Below are positions 10,094 through 19,429 of a DNA stretch of 64,000 nucleotides, piece after piece. The stretch is from Clostridia bacterium (GTDB lineage Bacteria; Bacillota; Clostridia; TANB77; CAG-465): positions 1,373-65,372 of the forward strand of contig JAZTYX010000054.1 in NCBI GenBank assembly GCA_045637095.1, read 5' to 3'. Below the pieces are notes generated by a model that saw only the letters and a list, made by a program, of their open reading frames with translations, was not told the origin of the DNA and made no database searches. Position 1 is the first letter of the stretch. The number at the start of each line of letters is the position of its first letter. The position numbers were made by a program, and so were the translations under genes.

Positions 10094-10516
10094 TTATCTA
10101 AATAATGATTTAATCCAATTTTTAATTTTAGTAAACCAATTATCTTTATTAGTTATCGCTGGTAGGGTAGAAGGTTCAACATTAAATGATGTAACATCAT
10201 TAAACAAACTTTCTATTCCTATTTTGCTGCTTTCTTCTAATTTCGCTCTTAAATTCTCCTTTTCGTAAATTGCTTCTTTTTCCAAATCTGTTGCAAAGAA
10301 TTCTAAATACATTTGTTTTAATATAGCTTGAGTTTCGGTTAGAAGTTTTTGATTTACTAAGCTATAGTTAGGGTTGATATTTACCTTATATTCTTTATTC
10401 ATGTTATCTTTAAGCATATTAATAAAGTCTTCAGGTATTTTTAGCTTATCTTCTTTAGGTAAGCAATTAATTATAAAGAAAGTTTCTGCAAATGCATTGT
10501 TATACACGTTGTTCAT
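10094..10516 (-). CDS. Hypothetical protein with C-terminal amphipathic helix
   Basis: AAGGAGG RBS inside upstream gene; ends WFTKIKNWIKSLFR. Confidence 0.75.
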   Translation of the reverse strand: MNNVYNNAFAETFFIINCLPKEDKLKIPEDFINMLKDNMNKEYKVNINPNYSLVNQKLLTETQAILKQMYLEFFATDLEKEAIYEKENLRAKLEESSKIGIESLFNDVTSFNVEPSTLPAITNKDNWFTKIKNWIKSLFR

Positions 10517-12116
10517 TTTCAGGACCTCCTTTTTTTATAAAGTGATTTCTGAAGAAAGATTTTACCTTGTCCATCATAGTTGGTTCATGTGGAGCATAAG
10601 CAAATTCTGCAAACTCTTTACTAGAGAAGGCGCCTTCTATTGGTGCGTCATCTTCAATGGTTGGAGCAGACTTAGCTCTTTCTAATTCATATGCATCAAA
10701 TATTTTAAGAGGTAATCCTAAATCTTCAGCATATCTTTTAGCAGTAGCAAGAGTGTCTGGATCAATTTCTTCACCGTTTTTCATAACCATAATATATGAA
10801 GGTTTAACTTTTGACCAATCTAATAATGTTTCGTTTGTTCTACCGTTTTTTGTTCCTTCGAGAGCTTCTGTAAATGGTACGGAATTTCTTTCAAAGTCAA
10901 ATTCATCAAGAGCGTTGTTATATCCTCTGTTTACACTATGTATTGCATCGGCTGGAACTTCAGAAAATCCTATTGCAATGTTTCTACCCAAATGTGGTTT
11001 CATTGCGTCCACTGAAGCTATAGAACACGAAAGCGATGTGGTTGGTTTAGTAATTACATCAGTGCCTAAATGTTTAGTGTATCTACATTTTAATGGTATT
11101 CTAGAATCTAAATCACAAGGATTTTCTCTAGAATATATGTATTGCTCTCTAAGATCTTGTGCTTCTGCTGCGTCAAGTGATTCATCAAAAGGTCTACCGT
11201 ATTTAGCTTCTATTGTTTCGTGAATCCAATTGTTAATTTCAGTTTCAAAATGTTCATTTTGTCTTTGATCATGTTGGTTGTTATGATCTGGTACAAAGTG
11301 AACTATCATAAGCCTACCATCTTCTGGATTGTTAATCGTTTCAGCTCCATCTTTATTGAGTCTTGCTTCAAGCATTGTTCTATTAGCAAGTTCGTATGTA
11401 TCAAAAGCTTGTTTAAGATGAGGATAAATGTCTCCACTTTTAGAAGCAAGCATTTGATCTATATTTGCAAAATTAGTTAAAACACTTTGTAATGCTTGTC
11501 TTTCTTCTGGAGTTGCTGTTTCCAAAAGAACGTTAACTCTAGTTTTTAGTAGTTCATAGTTTTCTATATAGTTAACACAAGCTTCGCCATAAGTGTCTGC
11601 GAGTTCAATTCGCTTAGTATATTTTTCTTTGGTTTCATCTGAAGCATATGGACTATACATTTCTGGATAAGCTCCAAGTCTAACTTCTTTTCTTACTCTA
11701 GCTTCATCAAATGCTAAAGCGTCTGCACCATATGTTTCAAGTAATCTTGCGGATTCAAGTAACATGAATTTTTTAGCACGTAGTTCATATTCATTTAACT
11801 CAATGTTATCATTTGAAAGGCTAGATATAACCTTATCAAAATCTACTGTATCGGAAAGTTCAAGATCATGACGCGCTCTGCCTTGTTCATCTGTAAGAAT
11901 TTTATCTCTGAAACTAATATCTGAAGCAGCTATTTCTTTGAACATTTCACTGTACTGAGAAGATATATCTACTAAATCTTCTTTTGTACCATCAAATGAA
12001 ATAATAGTGTCTATATATCCACCGTAGCCGTTATAATCTGGACTACCCATACATGTTTCTATTAAATCATTTTCGCCAAGTATGTAACCAAATCTATCAA
12101 ATTCTTTTTCGTACAT
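10500..12116 (-). CDS. Acidic hypothetical protein, putative ADP-ribosyltransferase-like fold
   Basis: 538-aa ORF with AGGAG RBS; IVHF / SLSCS / TNE motifs; C-terminal amphipathic MDKVKSFFRNHF. Confidence 0.6.
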   Translation of the reverse strand: MYEKEFDRFGYILGENDLIETCMGSPDYNGYGGYIDTIISFDGTKEDLVDISSQYSEMFKEIAASDISFRDKILTDEQGRARHDLELSDTVDFDKVISSLSNDNIELNEYELRAKKFMLLESARLLETYGADALAFDEARVRKEVRLGAYPEMYSPYASDETKEKYTKRIELADTYGEACVNYIENYELLKTRVNVLLETATPEERQALQSVLTNFANIDQMLASKSGDIYPHLKQAFDTYELANRTMLEARLNKDGAETINNPEDGRLMIVHFVPDHNNQHDQRQNEHFETEINNWIHETIEAKYGRPFDESLDAAEAQDLREQYIYSRENPCDLDSRIPLKCRYTKHLGTDVITKPTTSLSCSIASVDAMKPHLGRNIAIGFSEVPADAIHSVNRGYNNALDEFDFERNSVPFTEALEGTKNGRTNETLLDWSKVKPSYIMVMKNGEEIDPDTLATAKRYAEDLGLPLKIFDAYELERAKSAPTIEDDAPIEGAFSSKEFAEFAYAPHEPTMMDKVKSFFRNHFIKKGGPENEQRV

Positions 12117-12255
12117 AATTTTCTCCTATATATAGGAATATATCATATAAATATTTTTTGTTCAATAATATGTAAAAAATATTAAATTTAATATAATATG
12201 TTTAAAAATATATATTTTTATGATAGCATTGTAAATTGTAAATAGGAGGAAACTA

Positions 12256-14949
12256 ATGAAAGAGGCATATAAGTATTCGGTTGATGAAGTTTTTAATAAA
12301 TTGGGTACAAGTTCAGATGGTTTAAGCTTTGAACAGGCAGAAAAAAGACTTGCAGCAAACGGATTAAATAAATTACAAGAAGCTAAAAAGAAAACACTAC
12401 TTACAAGATTTATAGAGCAAATGAAAAACATTATGATAATTGTTCTTTTAATTGCAGCAGTAATATCTTTAGTAGTAGCTAAAATAGAAAACGAAAGTTA
12501 TACAGATTCAATAATAATATTTGCAGTTGTAATAATGAATGCAGTACTTGGAGTGGTGCAAGAAGCAAAAGCAGATAAGGCTATAGATTCATTAAAGAAG
12601 ATGTCGCTTCCATATATTAAGGTAAGAAGACACGGAAAAATAATGAATATTAAAACAGAAGAACTAGTAGTAGGTGATGTTGTTTTAATAGAAGCGGGAG
12701 ATTTTGTTCCTGCAGATATGAGGCTTATTATTTGTAACGGAATAAGAGTAGAAGAAGCTTCGCTTACAGGAGAATCTTTACCGGTAAGTAAATTTACAGA
12801 TAAGATAGATGAAGATACAGCTCTAGCGGATAGAAGAAATATGCTTTACTCTGGAAGTAGCGTAGTATATGGCCGCGGAGAAGGTGTTGTAACAGCTACT
12901 GGAATGAAAACAGAGCTTGGTAAAATAGCAACAATACTTGCTGAAACCAAAGAAGAACTTACACCACTTCAAAAGAAGATGAATGAAATAAGTAAGGTGT
13001 TAAGTGTAATAGTTGTTGTAATAGGTTTAGCGATGGTTATACTAGGACTTATACAAGGAAATAAACCACTTGAAATATTTATGCTTGCAGTATCACTAGC
13101 TGTAGCGGCAATTCCAGAAGGATTACCAGCATCAATAACAATAATACTTTCAATTGGTGTTCAAAAGATGGCAAAAGAACATAGTATTATACGTAAGCTT
13201 TCTTCAGTAGAAACTTTAGGAGCGACACAAGTAATATGTTCAGATAAAACAGGAACACTTACACAAAATAAAATGACAGTTACTGAAATTAATTTTGGTG
13301 GCGAAAAAATAAAGGTAGATCATTTAGTAGTAAATGATGATGAAAACTTAAAGAGATTTTTAGATAACATTACATTATCTAATGATGTAAAAACTAATGG
13401 CTCTACAGGTGGATACTTAGGTGATCCTACTGAAATAGCATTAGTAGAAATGACAAATAAGTTTGGTAGAAACAAAGATATATACGATACTAGATATGAA
13501 AGAGTAGCAGAAGTTCCATTCGATTCTGAAAGAAAGATGATGACTACTGTAAACAAAATAGATGGTGAGCTTTATGTTCACACTAAAGGCGCATTAGAAT
13601 CTTTAATACATAGATGTTCTAAGGCTATGATAAATGGAAAATTAGTAGACATGACAGATAAGCTAAAAGAAGAAATACTAGATACTAACTCTGAAATGGC
13701 TAGTAGAGCGCTTAGAGTATTAAGTTTTGCATATAAGAAAGTAGATAAGCTACCAAAAGAAGTATCTTCAGATACAATAGAAAAAGATTTAATTTACCAA
13801 GGTATGGTTGGTATGATAGATCCACCAAGACCGGAAGTAAAACAAGCTGTTAAAGATTGTTTCTCTGCAGGCATGATTCCAATTATGATAACAGGAGATA
13901 GCGTAATAACAGCTAGAGCAATAGCAGAAGAAATAGGGATATTAGTTCCAGGTTCAGAAGCAATAACTGGTCAAGAGTTAGATGCTATGAGCGATGAAGA
14001 ATTTGAAAAGAAAATTAAAAACATACGTGTTTATGCAAGAGTAAGTCCAGAAAACAAAGTTAGAATAGTTAAGACTTGGAAGAAGCTTGGTAAGACAGTT
14101 GCTATGACAGGTGATGGAGTAAATGATGCTCCGGCACTTAAGAATGCAGATATAGGCGTTGGAATGGGAATAACAGGTACAGAAGTATCTAAGAGTGTAG
14201 CAAGTATGGTTTTAACAGACGATAACTTTGCATCGATAGTTGTAGCAGTAAAAGAAGGAAGAAGAGTATATAGAAATATACAAAATGTTATAGCATATCT
14301 ATTAGCTTCTAATATAGCAGAAGTAATTATAGTATTTATAGCTAAGATATTTAATATGACAGTATTTAATCCATTACATTTATTATGGATAAATCTAATA
14401 ACAGATGCAATACCAGCAATGGCGTTAGGATTTGAACCAGCAGATGAAAAATCTATGAAAGAAAAACCAAGAAAGGCAACTGCAAAATTCATGTCACCGT
14501 TCTTGATATCTAGAATAATTGTGCCAGCTTTCTTAAAGAGTATGATAATACTAATATTATTCTTTACTGTAAATAATGCATATGGAGCTAGTGTTGCAAC
14601 AACAGCATCGTTTATAACATTATCTTTTGCAGAGTTACTATTTGTATTTGTAGCACGTTCAGATAGTAAACCAATATTTAAGATTGGACTATTCTCAAAC
14701 AAACAATTAGTAATAGGTGTATTTTGTATAATATTAATACAATTATTAGTAATATTTAATCCAACACTTGCAGGATTATTAGAATTAGAACAATTAAAAC
14801 CACAATTATATGCAGTAGCTATACTAAATGCAATTATTTTTATGGTATTTGCAGAAATATTAAAAGTATTAGTTGCTAAAACGTTTGAGGTAAGAAGACA
14901 GATATTAAAAGAAAGAAAAAGAGCTAAAGCAGCACAAAATAATAAGTAA
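12256..14949 (+). CDS. Calcium-translocating P-type ATPase (P2A, YloB-like)
   Basis: TGES, IPEGLP, DKTGTLT, KGA, TGD and GDGVNDAPAL motifs. Confidence 0.95.
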   Translation: MKEAYKYSVDEVFNKLGTSSDGLSFEQAEKRLAANGLNKLQEAKKKTLLTRFIEQMKNIMIIVLLIAAVISLVVAKIENESYTDSIIIFAVVIMNAVLGVVQEAKADKAIDSLKKMSLPYIKVRRHGKIMNIKTEELVVGDVVLIEAGDFVPADMRLIICNGIRVEEASLTGESLPVSKFTDKIDEDTALADRRNMLYSGSSVVYGRGEGVVTATGMKTELGKIATILAETKEELTPLQKKMNEISKVLSVIVVVIGLAMVILGLIQGNKPLEIFMLAVSLAVAAIPEGLPASITIILSIGVQKMAKEHSIIRKLSSVETLGATQVICSDKTGTLTQNKMTVTEINFGGEKIKVDHLVVNDDENLKRFLDNITLSNDVKTNGSTGGYLGDPTEIALVEMTNKFGRNKDIYDTRYERVAEVPFDSERKMMTTVNKIDGELYVHTKGALESLIHRCSKAMINGKLVDMTDKLKEEILDTNSEMASRALRVLSFAYKKVDKLPKEVSSDTIEKDLIYQGMVGMIDPPRPEVKQAVKDCFSAGMIPIMITGDSVITARAIAEEIGILVPGSEAITGQELDAMSDEEFEKKIKNIRVYARVSPENKVRIVKTWKKLGKTVAMTGDGVNDAPALKNADIGVGMGITGTEVSKSVASMVLTDDNFASIVVAVKEGRRVYRNIQNVIAYLLASNIAEVIIVFIAKIFNMTVFNPLHLLWINLITDAIPAMALGFEPADEKSMKEKPRKATAKFMSPFLISRIIVPAFLKSMIILILFFTVNNAYGASVATTASFITLSFAELLFVFVARSDSKPIFKIGLFSNKQLVIGVFCIILIQLLVIFNPTLAGLLELEQLKPQLYAVAILNAIIFMVFAEILKVLVAKTFEVRRQILKERKRAKAAQNNK

Positions 14950-14972
14950 TTAAAATAAGAAAAAATAACAAT

Positions 14973-15003
14973 AAACAGAGGAGCATATTGCTCCTCTGTT
15001 ATT
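14973..15003. terminator. Bidirectional terminator
   Basis: AACAGAGGAGCA/TGCTCCTCTGTT between convergent genes. Confidence 0.75.
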
Positions 15004-15005
15004 CA

Positions 15006-15488
15006 TTATTGCATTATTCTATTAAGTAATTTCTTAAAATCATCATAATATATTTTATCTGATTTATAGAAATAGATGTCGCCGTCTGTTTTTTTGCGTA
15101 TTCTAAAGTCTCCAGGAGAAATTCCTACCGAATAGAAATCGCCGTTTGTTGAGTAAAAACTAATACTATATACAAATGTTGTAACAAGAGCATTATAAGA
15201 AGAAAGTCTATATCCAGACATTTTTTTTACAAAATTGCATATAGCTTCAATATCTTCTGGTTCAGTTAATGTTGTAATGTAATCATAGCCATGTTTAATT
15301 TCAATTCTTTCAATTTCTTTTTTGAATATTCTGTTATTACCAACAGTAGTTAAAATTGAAGAACAGTTCTCTATTGGATGCTGTGAGCGTACTTTAAGTG
15401 TATAAATATATAATGTTAAAAAACATATAATAGCTAGTATAAGCAATGTATATAATATTATGCTGTTTTTTCCTTTATTTTTTCCCAT
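15006..15488 (-). CDS. Hypothetical single-TM exported protein
   Basis: MGKNK start after AGAAAGG RBS; TTGACA(15540-15545)-N17-TATAAT(15517-15522) on minus strand. Confidence 0.7.
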   Translation of the reverse strand: MGKNKGKNSIILYTLLILAIICFLTLYIYTLKVRSQHPIENCSSILTTVGNNRIFKKEIERIEIKHGYDYITTLTEPEDIEAICNFVKKMSGYRLSSYNALVTTFVYSISFYSTNGDFYSVGISPGDFRIRKKTDGDIYFYKSDKIYYDDFKKLLNRIMQ

Positions 15489-15608
15489 TTCATTTGACCT
15501 TTCTAAATACAACTAAATTATATATAGTATATCTTTAATTGTCAAACTAAGTAGAATATACTTAGCCCTTTATTCATATGTATATATTAAAAAGGGGATG
15601 TAAATAAT

Positions 15609-16166
15609 ATGAATGGTGAAATGAATGCTAATAATAACGCTAATGGCAATACTACTAATAATAGGTCTGCTTCTAGTAACGGAGGATTTAACATAAGCAA
15701 TCTGTTTGATCTTTCTAGAATTGGGAATATGTTTAGTGGCAATACTAGAGTAAATAATCCATTAAATAATATACGTAGAATGTTTAGTGGAAATAATATG
15801 AATAGAAGATATGTCGGAAATAGAAATATGCTAAAAGTTCTCCCTATAGAAGAAGCATATAGAAGGATTAAAAGTGGAAACATTCTTCTTATAGATGTAA
15901 GAACGGAAATGGAATATGCAACGCTAAAGATAAAAGGAAGCGTAAATATTCCGTTAGATAGATTGCAAATGGAAATAGTAAATATGGTGGCTAATAAAGA
16001 GGAGAATATAATGTTATATTGTGCAACTGGCTCAAGGGTAAGACGTGCAGCTCAAATTCTATGGTCACTTGGATATAACAATATATACATATGGGAAGGA
16101 GCAGGTATAAATACATTTGCTTTTCAAGATTTAATAGTATATAATAACAGGCAGCAAGATGAATAA
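15609..16166 (+). CDS. Rhodanese-domain protein with Asn-rich N-terminus
   Basis: LIDVRT..EY...IKGSVNIPL and YCATGSR active-site loop; upstream GAATA-N16-CATATGT resembles a sporulation-sigma promoter. Confidence 0.85.
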   Translation: MNGEMNANNNANGNTTNNRSASSNGGFNISNLFDLSRIGNMFSGNTRVNNPLNNIRRMFSGNNMNRRYVGNRNMLKVLPIEEAYRRIKSGNILLIDVRTEMEYATLKIKGSVNIPLDRLQMEIVNMVANKEENIMLYCATGSRVRRAAQILWSLGYNNIYIWEGAGINTFAFQDLIVYNNRQQDE

Positions 16167-16184
16167 CTTGCTAGGAGGAAACTT

Positions 16185-16499
16185 ATGAAAGAATTAAACG
16201 ATAATAACTTTAGAGAAGAAATAAAGAAAGAAAAATTAGCACTTGTAGATTTTTATGCAACTTGGTGTGGACCATGTGGTATGCAAGCGGAAGTATTAAA
16301 GAAAATGTCTGAATCTAGAACACTAGAATTTAGTATAGTAAAAGTAAATGTAGATGAAGCACCAGGGTTAGCATTAGAACATAGCATATCATCTATACCA
16401 ACATTAGTAGTATATAGAGAAGGAAAAATGGTTAAAAAGGTAGTTGGACTATCTGATGAAGAAGAAATATTAAATATCATGAGTGGATTTATGGACTAA
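16185..16499 (+). CDS. trxA: Thioredoxin
   Basis: VDFYATWCGPC, SIPTL. Confidence 0.92.
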   Translation: MKELNDNNFREEIKKEKLALVDFYATWCGPCGMQAEVLKKMSESRTLEFSIVKVNVDEAPGLALEHSISSIPTLVVYREGKMVKKVVGLSDEEEILNIMSGFMD

Positions 16500-16529
16500 A
16501 TCCTATGATTTAGCTCTAAAACAAGGTTT

Positions 16530-16579
16530 TGTAACATTTGTGTAACACAAAAGTATGTATTTTGTAACACAAATGTTAT
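16530..16579 (+). promoter_or_regulatory. Two WalR/OmpR-type direct-repeat boxes
   Basis: TGTAAC-ATTTG-TGTAAC (16530-16546) and TGTAAC-ACAAA-TGTTAT (16563-16579) fit TGTWAH-N5-TGTWAH. Confidence 0.6.
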
Positions 16580-16678
16580 TTGTTTGTAGTTGATTTTGAA
16601 AAGCCTTATATCTATAATTGAAGTATAAGTAATTATTATAAATTATTTCTACAAATTTCTACAAAAGAGGTGTTAAAA

Positions 16679-17779
16679 ATGAAAGGATTTTTTGAAAGAC
16701 AATGGGAATTATTCCTAGCTGACATGCAAGAAGTAGGTGAATTCTTCCTAGACGCATTTGGTGCTAACGAACAATTAATGTTAGGTGCTCCAAAAGCAGA
16801 TAAAGTTGAAGGAGAAGAAGGATTCTTCGCAAGAGAATTCAGACTATTCAAAGAAGACATGCAATCTTTAGGTGAAATGTTCATGGCTCCATTCGAAGCA
16901 GATGAACCACTTATGTTAGATTCAGCAGAACCTGAAATGCCAAAAGCAGAAGCAGACGGATTCTTCAAAAGAGAATGGGAACTATTCAAAACAGATCTAG
17001 ATAATGCCAATTCAGCTTTAGAAAGCTTATTTGGTATTGAAAAAAAAAATGATGAAATAGTTGAATGTGCTGATGTACCTGTAGAATTCAGAGATGAAGT
17101 AGATGTAAAACTTGAAACTTTTTTGGGAGAACCAATAAATGAGTTAAAAGAAAGTGCTTGTGGAGATAGAACTCAACACGAAGTTCTAAGAGACTATGCA
17201 GAATTCTTCAAACCATATGCAGAAAACCCAGATATGTGTCAAATGGCATTCAAAAAATACTATGACAGACATGCTTTAAAAATGGCAGTTTCTGAACTAC
17301 CTATCGAGCAAGTTAGAATAGTACAAAATAATGTAGACATATTTATCAAAGGTCAAGAATCATTTGGTGAACCATTTGTTGACTCAAGAGTTGATACAGT
17401 TTTCGAAAAAGCTGGAATCGATGAAGTAAACAAGGTTATCGGAATTATAGGTGACTGTGATTCTGAAGGTAAAACATTAAAAGGTGAAAGACTTTTTGCA
17501 GAAGCAGTAAATTACATGGTAGATCATGGTATAAGAGTTGCTAAGGATGGGGATTTAATTGAACCAGTTAGAAAAGCAATAGAAGCTCAACACGACGAAA
17601 TACACACTACAATGTGTTCATTTGAAGATGTTGGACCAGAATATCAAGAACTATTAGCTAAAGAAAAAACTTATTTAGCTGCATTAAATAGAATTGAGCA
17701 ATACGAAACTGAAAAAAGAATTGCTGCATTCGAAGCTAAAATGAGTGATGAAGTTAGCGGATTAGATGTAATACTTTAA
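16679..17779 (+). CDS. Acidic hypothetical protein with three N-terminal ~45-aa repeats
   Basis: GAGGTG RBS before ATG 16679; GFFERQWELF / GFFAREFRLF / GFFKREWELF repeats. Confidence 0.8.
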   Translation: MKGFFERQWELFLADMQEVGEFFLDAFGANEQLMLGAPKADKVEGEEGFFAREFRLFKEDMQSLGEMFMAPFEADEPLMLDSAEPEMPKAEADGFFKREWELFKTDLDNANSALESLFGIEKKNDEIVECADVPVEFRDEVDVKLETFLGEPINELKESACGDRTQHEVLRDYAEFFKPYAENPDMCQMAFKKYYDRHALKMAVSELPIEQVRIVQNNVDIFIKGQESFGEPFVDSRVDTVFEKAGIDEVNKVIGIIGDCDSEGKTLKGERLFAEAVNYMVDHGIRVAKDGDLIEPVRKAIEAQHDEIHTTMCSFEDVGPEYQELLAKEKTYLAALNRIEQYETEKRIAAFEAKMSDEVSGLDVIL

Positions 17780-17785
17780 AATGTT

Positions 17786-17825
17786 AAAAAGAAGTAAATG
17801 TATATAATCATTTACTTCTTTTTTT
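17786..17825 (+). terminator. Intrinsic terminator
   Basis: AAAAAGAAGTAAATG/CATTTACTTCTTTTT. Confidence 0.8.
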
Positions 17826-17932
17826 GTGCTTTTTAAGGTCTTAAAATTCCCTAAAACCCTTTACAAATCTACGCTTTTGGTATATTATATGGTTGTATTT
17901 AAATAAATAGAAATAAATAGGGGTAAATGTAT

Positions 17933-19414
17933 ATGAAATTAGAATTAAAAGTTCAAAAAGATGGTGTAAATACACTAAAAGAGGAAGTGTTAAAACACAG
18001 TAACAGCAAATTAGAAAAAATGTATCTAGTTATGGGAAATGTTAAGGAATCTGGTTATGATGTAATAGAAGAAGCTTTAATAGATCTTAAAGCTAAAACT
18101 AACATTGTAATGGGGATAGATAAAAAGAACACTACTAAAAAGATACTAGATAATATAGTAACATATTCTAAGAATGTATCTGTGTGGGATAATAACGAAG
18201 ATAATGAACTTAATGCAAACGTATTTGTATTTGAGTATGAAGATGAAGCGTGCGTTTATACTTTTGCAGGAGATATAACAGATAGCGTTCTTGAAACAGA
18301 TACTACTATGTATACATATATAACATATGATTTAATTAAAGATAAAAAAGAATATGCAGCATTTATAGATACATTAACTAAGGAATTAAAAGATAAGGTA
18401 GAAAAATTAACTAAAGCAAAAATTGCTGAGTTAAGTGAGAATAAAAAGATATTTAGTTCAAGACAATATCTACACAATGTTCCAAGCATAGCTGAATTAT
18501 TAGGAAACAAAGAAACAGCTAAAAAAGAAACTCGTGAAGAAGTGGAAGAAGAAACAAAACAAGATTATGTGGAAGATGAAGAACTTCCTAAAGTAGAGCT
18601 TAATAAATTCAAAGATGTGGCTTTTGAAATTGACCTAAGCGATATGGATATTAGCATAGACGACATATCTGTTGGCTTAGTTGGAGAAACTAAGAAAAAA
18701 GATGCTAAGGTAGAAAAGAAGGAAGAACATGTACTTGACCTTACTGAAGCTTTAGAACAAGAAGCAAATCTGGGTGTAGAAGCTGAAGAAGTAGCTCTTG
18801 TTGAAGAAGAGGAAGAATATGTGGTTTCTGATGAAATAATAGATTTAGAAGAACTTCTTTTTGAAAAAGAAACAGTTAAATTAGACAAGAAAAAAGTAGA
18901 AAAGAAAATAAAGAAAGAAGCTAAAGAAAAAGAGGAAAATAAACCAGCTTCTAAAAAGATAGATTTAACTAAAGTATCTAATATAATAATGGAACTTCCA
19001 AAGAAAGCAACTAAAGGAAGAGATGCAGATGCAGTAAAAGTTCCAACATACATTCGTGAGATGATACCAGATTTCTTTGATGTAATGGAAAACGCTACAT
19101 TAGTAGAAAGAGAAGATGGTAAATACAAAGAAGTTAAAATAAAACTTGAAGTAATAGATGTTAATTCTGGGGAAAAACATATGGATAATGAAGCGATGTT
19201 ATCTCACAAGCTAGGACAAACATATGTAACTTTTGAATCACGTAAATTAATAAACGTAAACTATGAAGAATTAGATATAGCAAGGGTAATTAAATTATCT
19301 AAAGATTCATATCACATAGAAATAATTCCATCACATATGGAAGAATATAACCTATGGAAGAAGATGTGTACAAACACATTTAGAGGAAGCAGTAGACAAT
19401 ACGGCTTAATGTAA
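17933..19414 (+). CDS. Degenerate PLD-nuclease-like protein with long acidic linker
   Basis: ESG...IVMGID..TT...LNANVFVF...FAGDIT aligns to PLD restriction-nuclease pattern VGID..TS...FHPKxYxF...GSxNLT with catalytic residues lost. Confidence 0.6.
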   Translation: MKLELKVQKDGVNTLKEEVLKHSNSKLEKMYLVMGNVKESGYDVIEEALIDLKAKTNIVMGIDKKNTTKKILDNIVTYSKNVSVWDNNEDNELNANVFVFEYEDEACVYTFAGDITDSVLETDTTMYTYITYDLIKDKKEYAAFIDTLTKELKDKVEKLTKAKIAELSENKKIFSSRQYLHNVPSIAELLGNKETAKKETREEVEEETKQDYVEDEELPKVELNKFKDVAFEIDLSDMDISIDDISVGLVGETKKKDAKVEKKEEHVLDLTEALEQEANLGVEAEEVALVEEEEEYVVSDEIIDLEELLFEKETVKLDKKKVEKKIKKEAKEKEENKPASKKIDLTKVSNIIMELPKKATKGRDADAVKVPTYIREMIPDFFDVMENATLVEREDGKYKEVKIKLEVIDVNSGEKHMDNEAMLSHKLGQTYVTFESRKLINVNYEELDIARVIKLSKDSYHIEIIPSHMEEYNLWKKMCTNTFRGSSRQYGLM

Positions 19415-19429
19415 TAAGAGGGGTAATAA

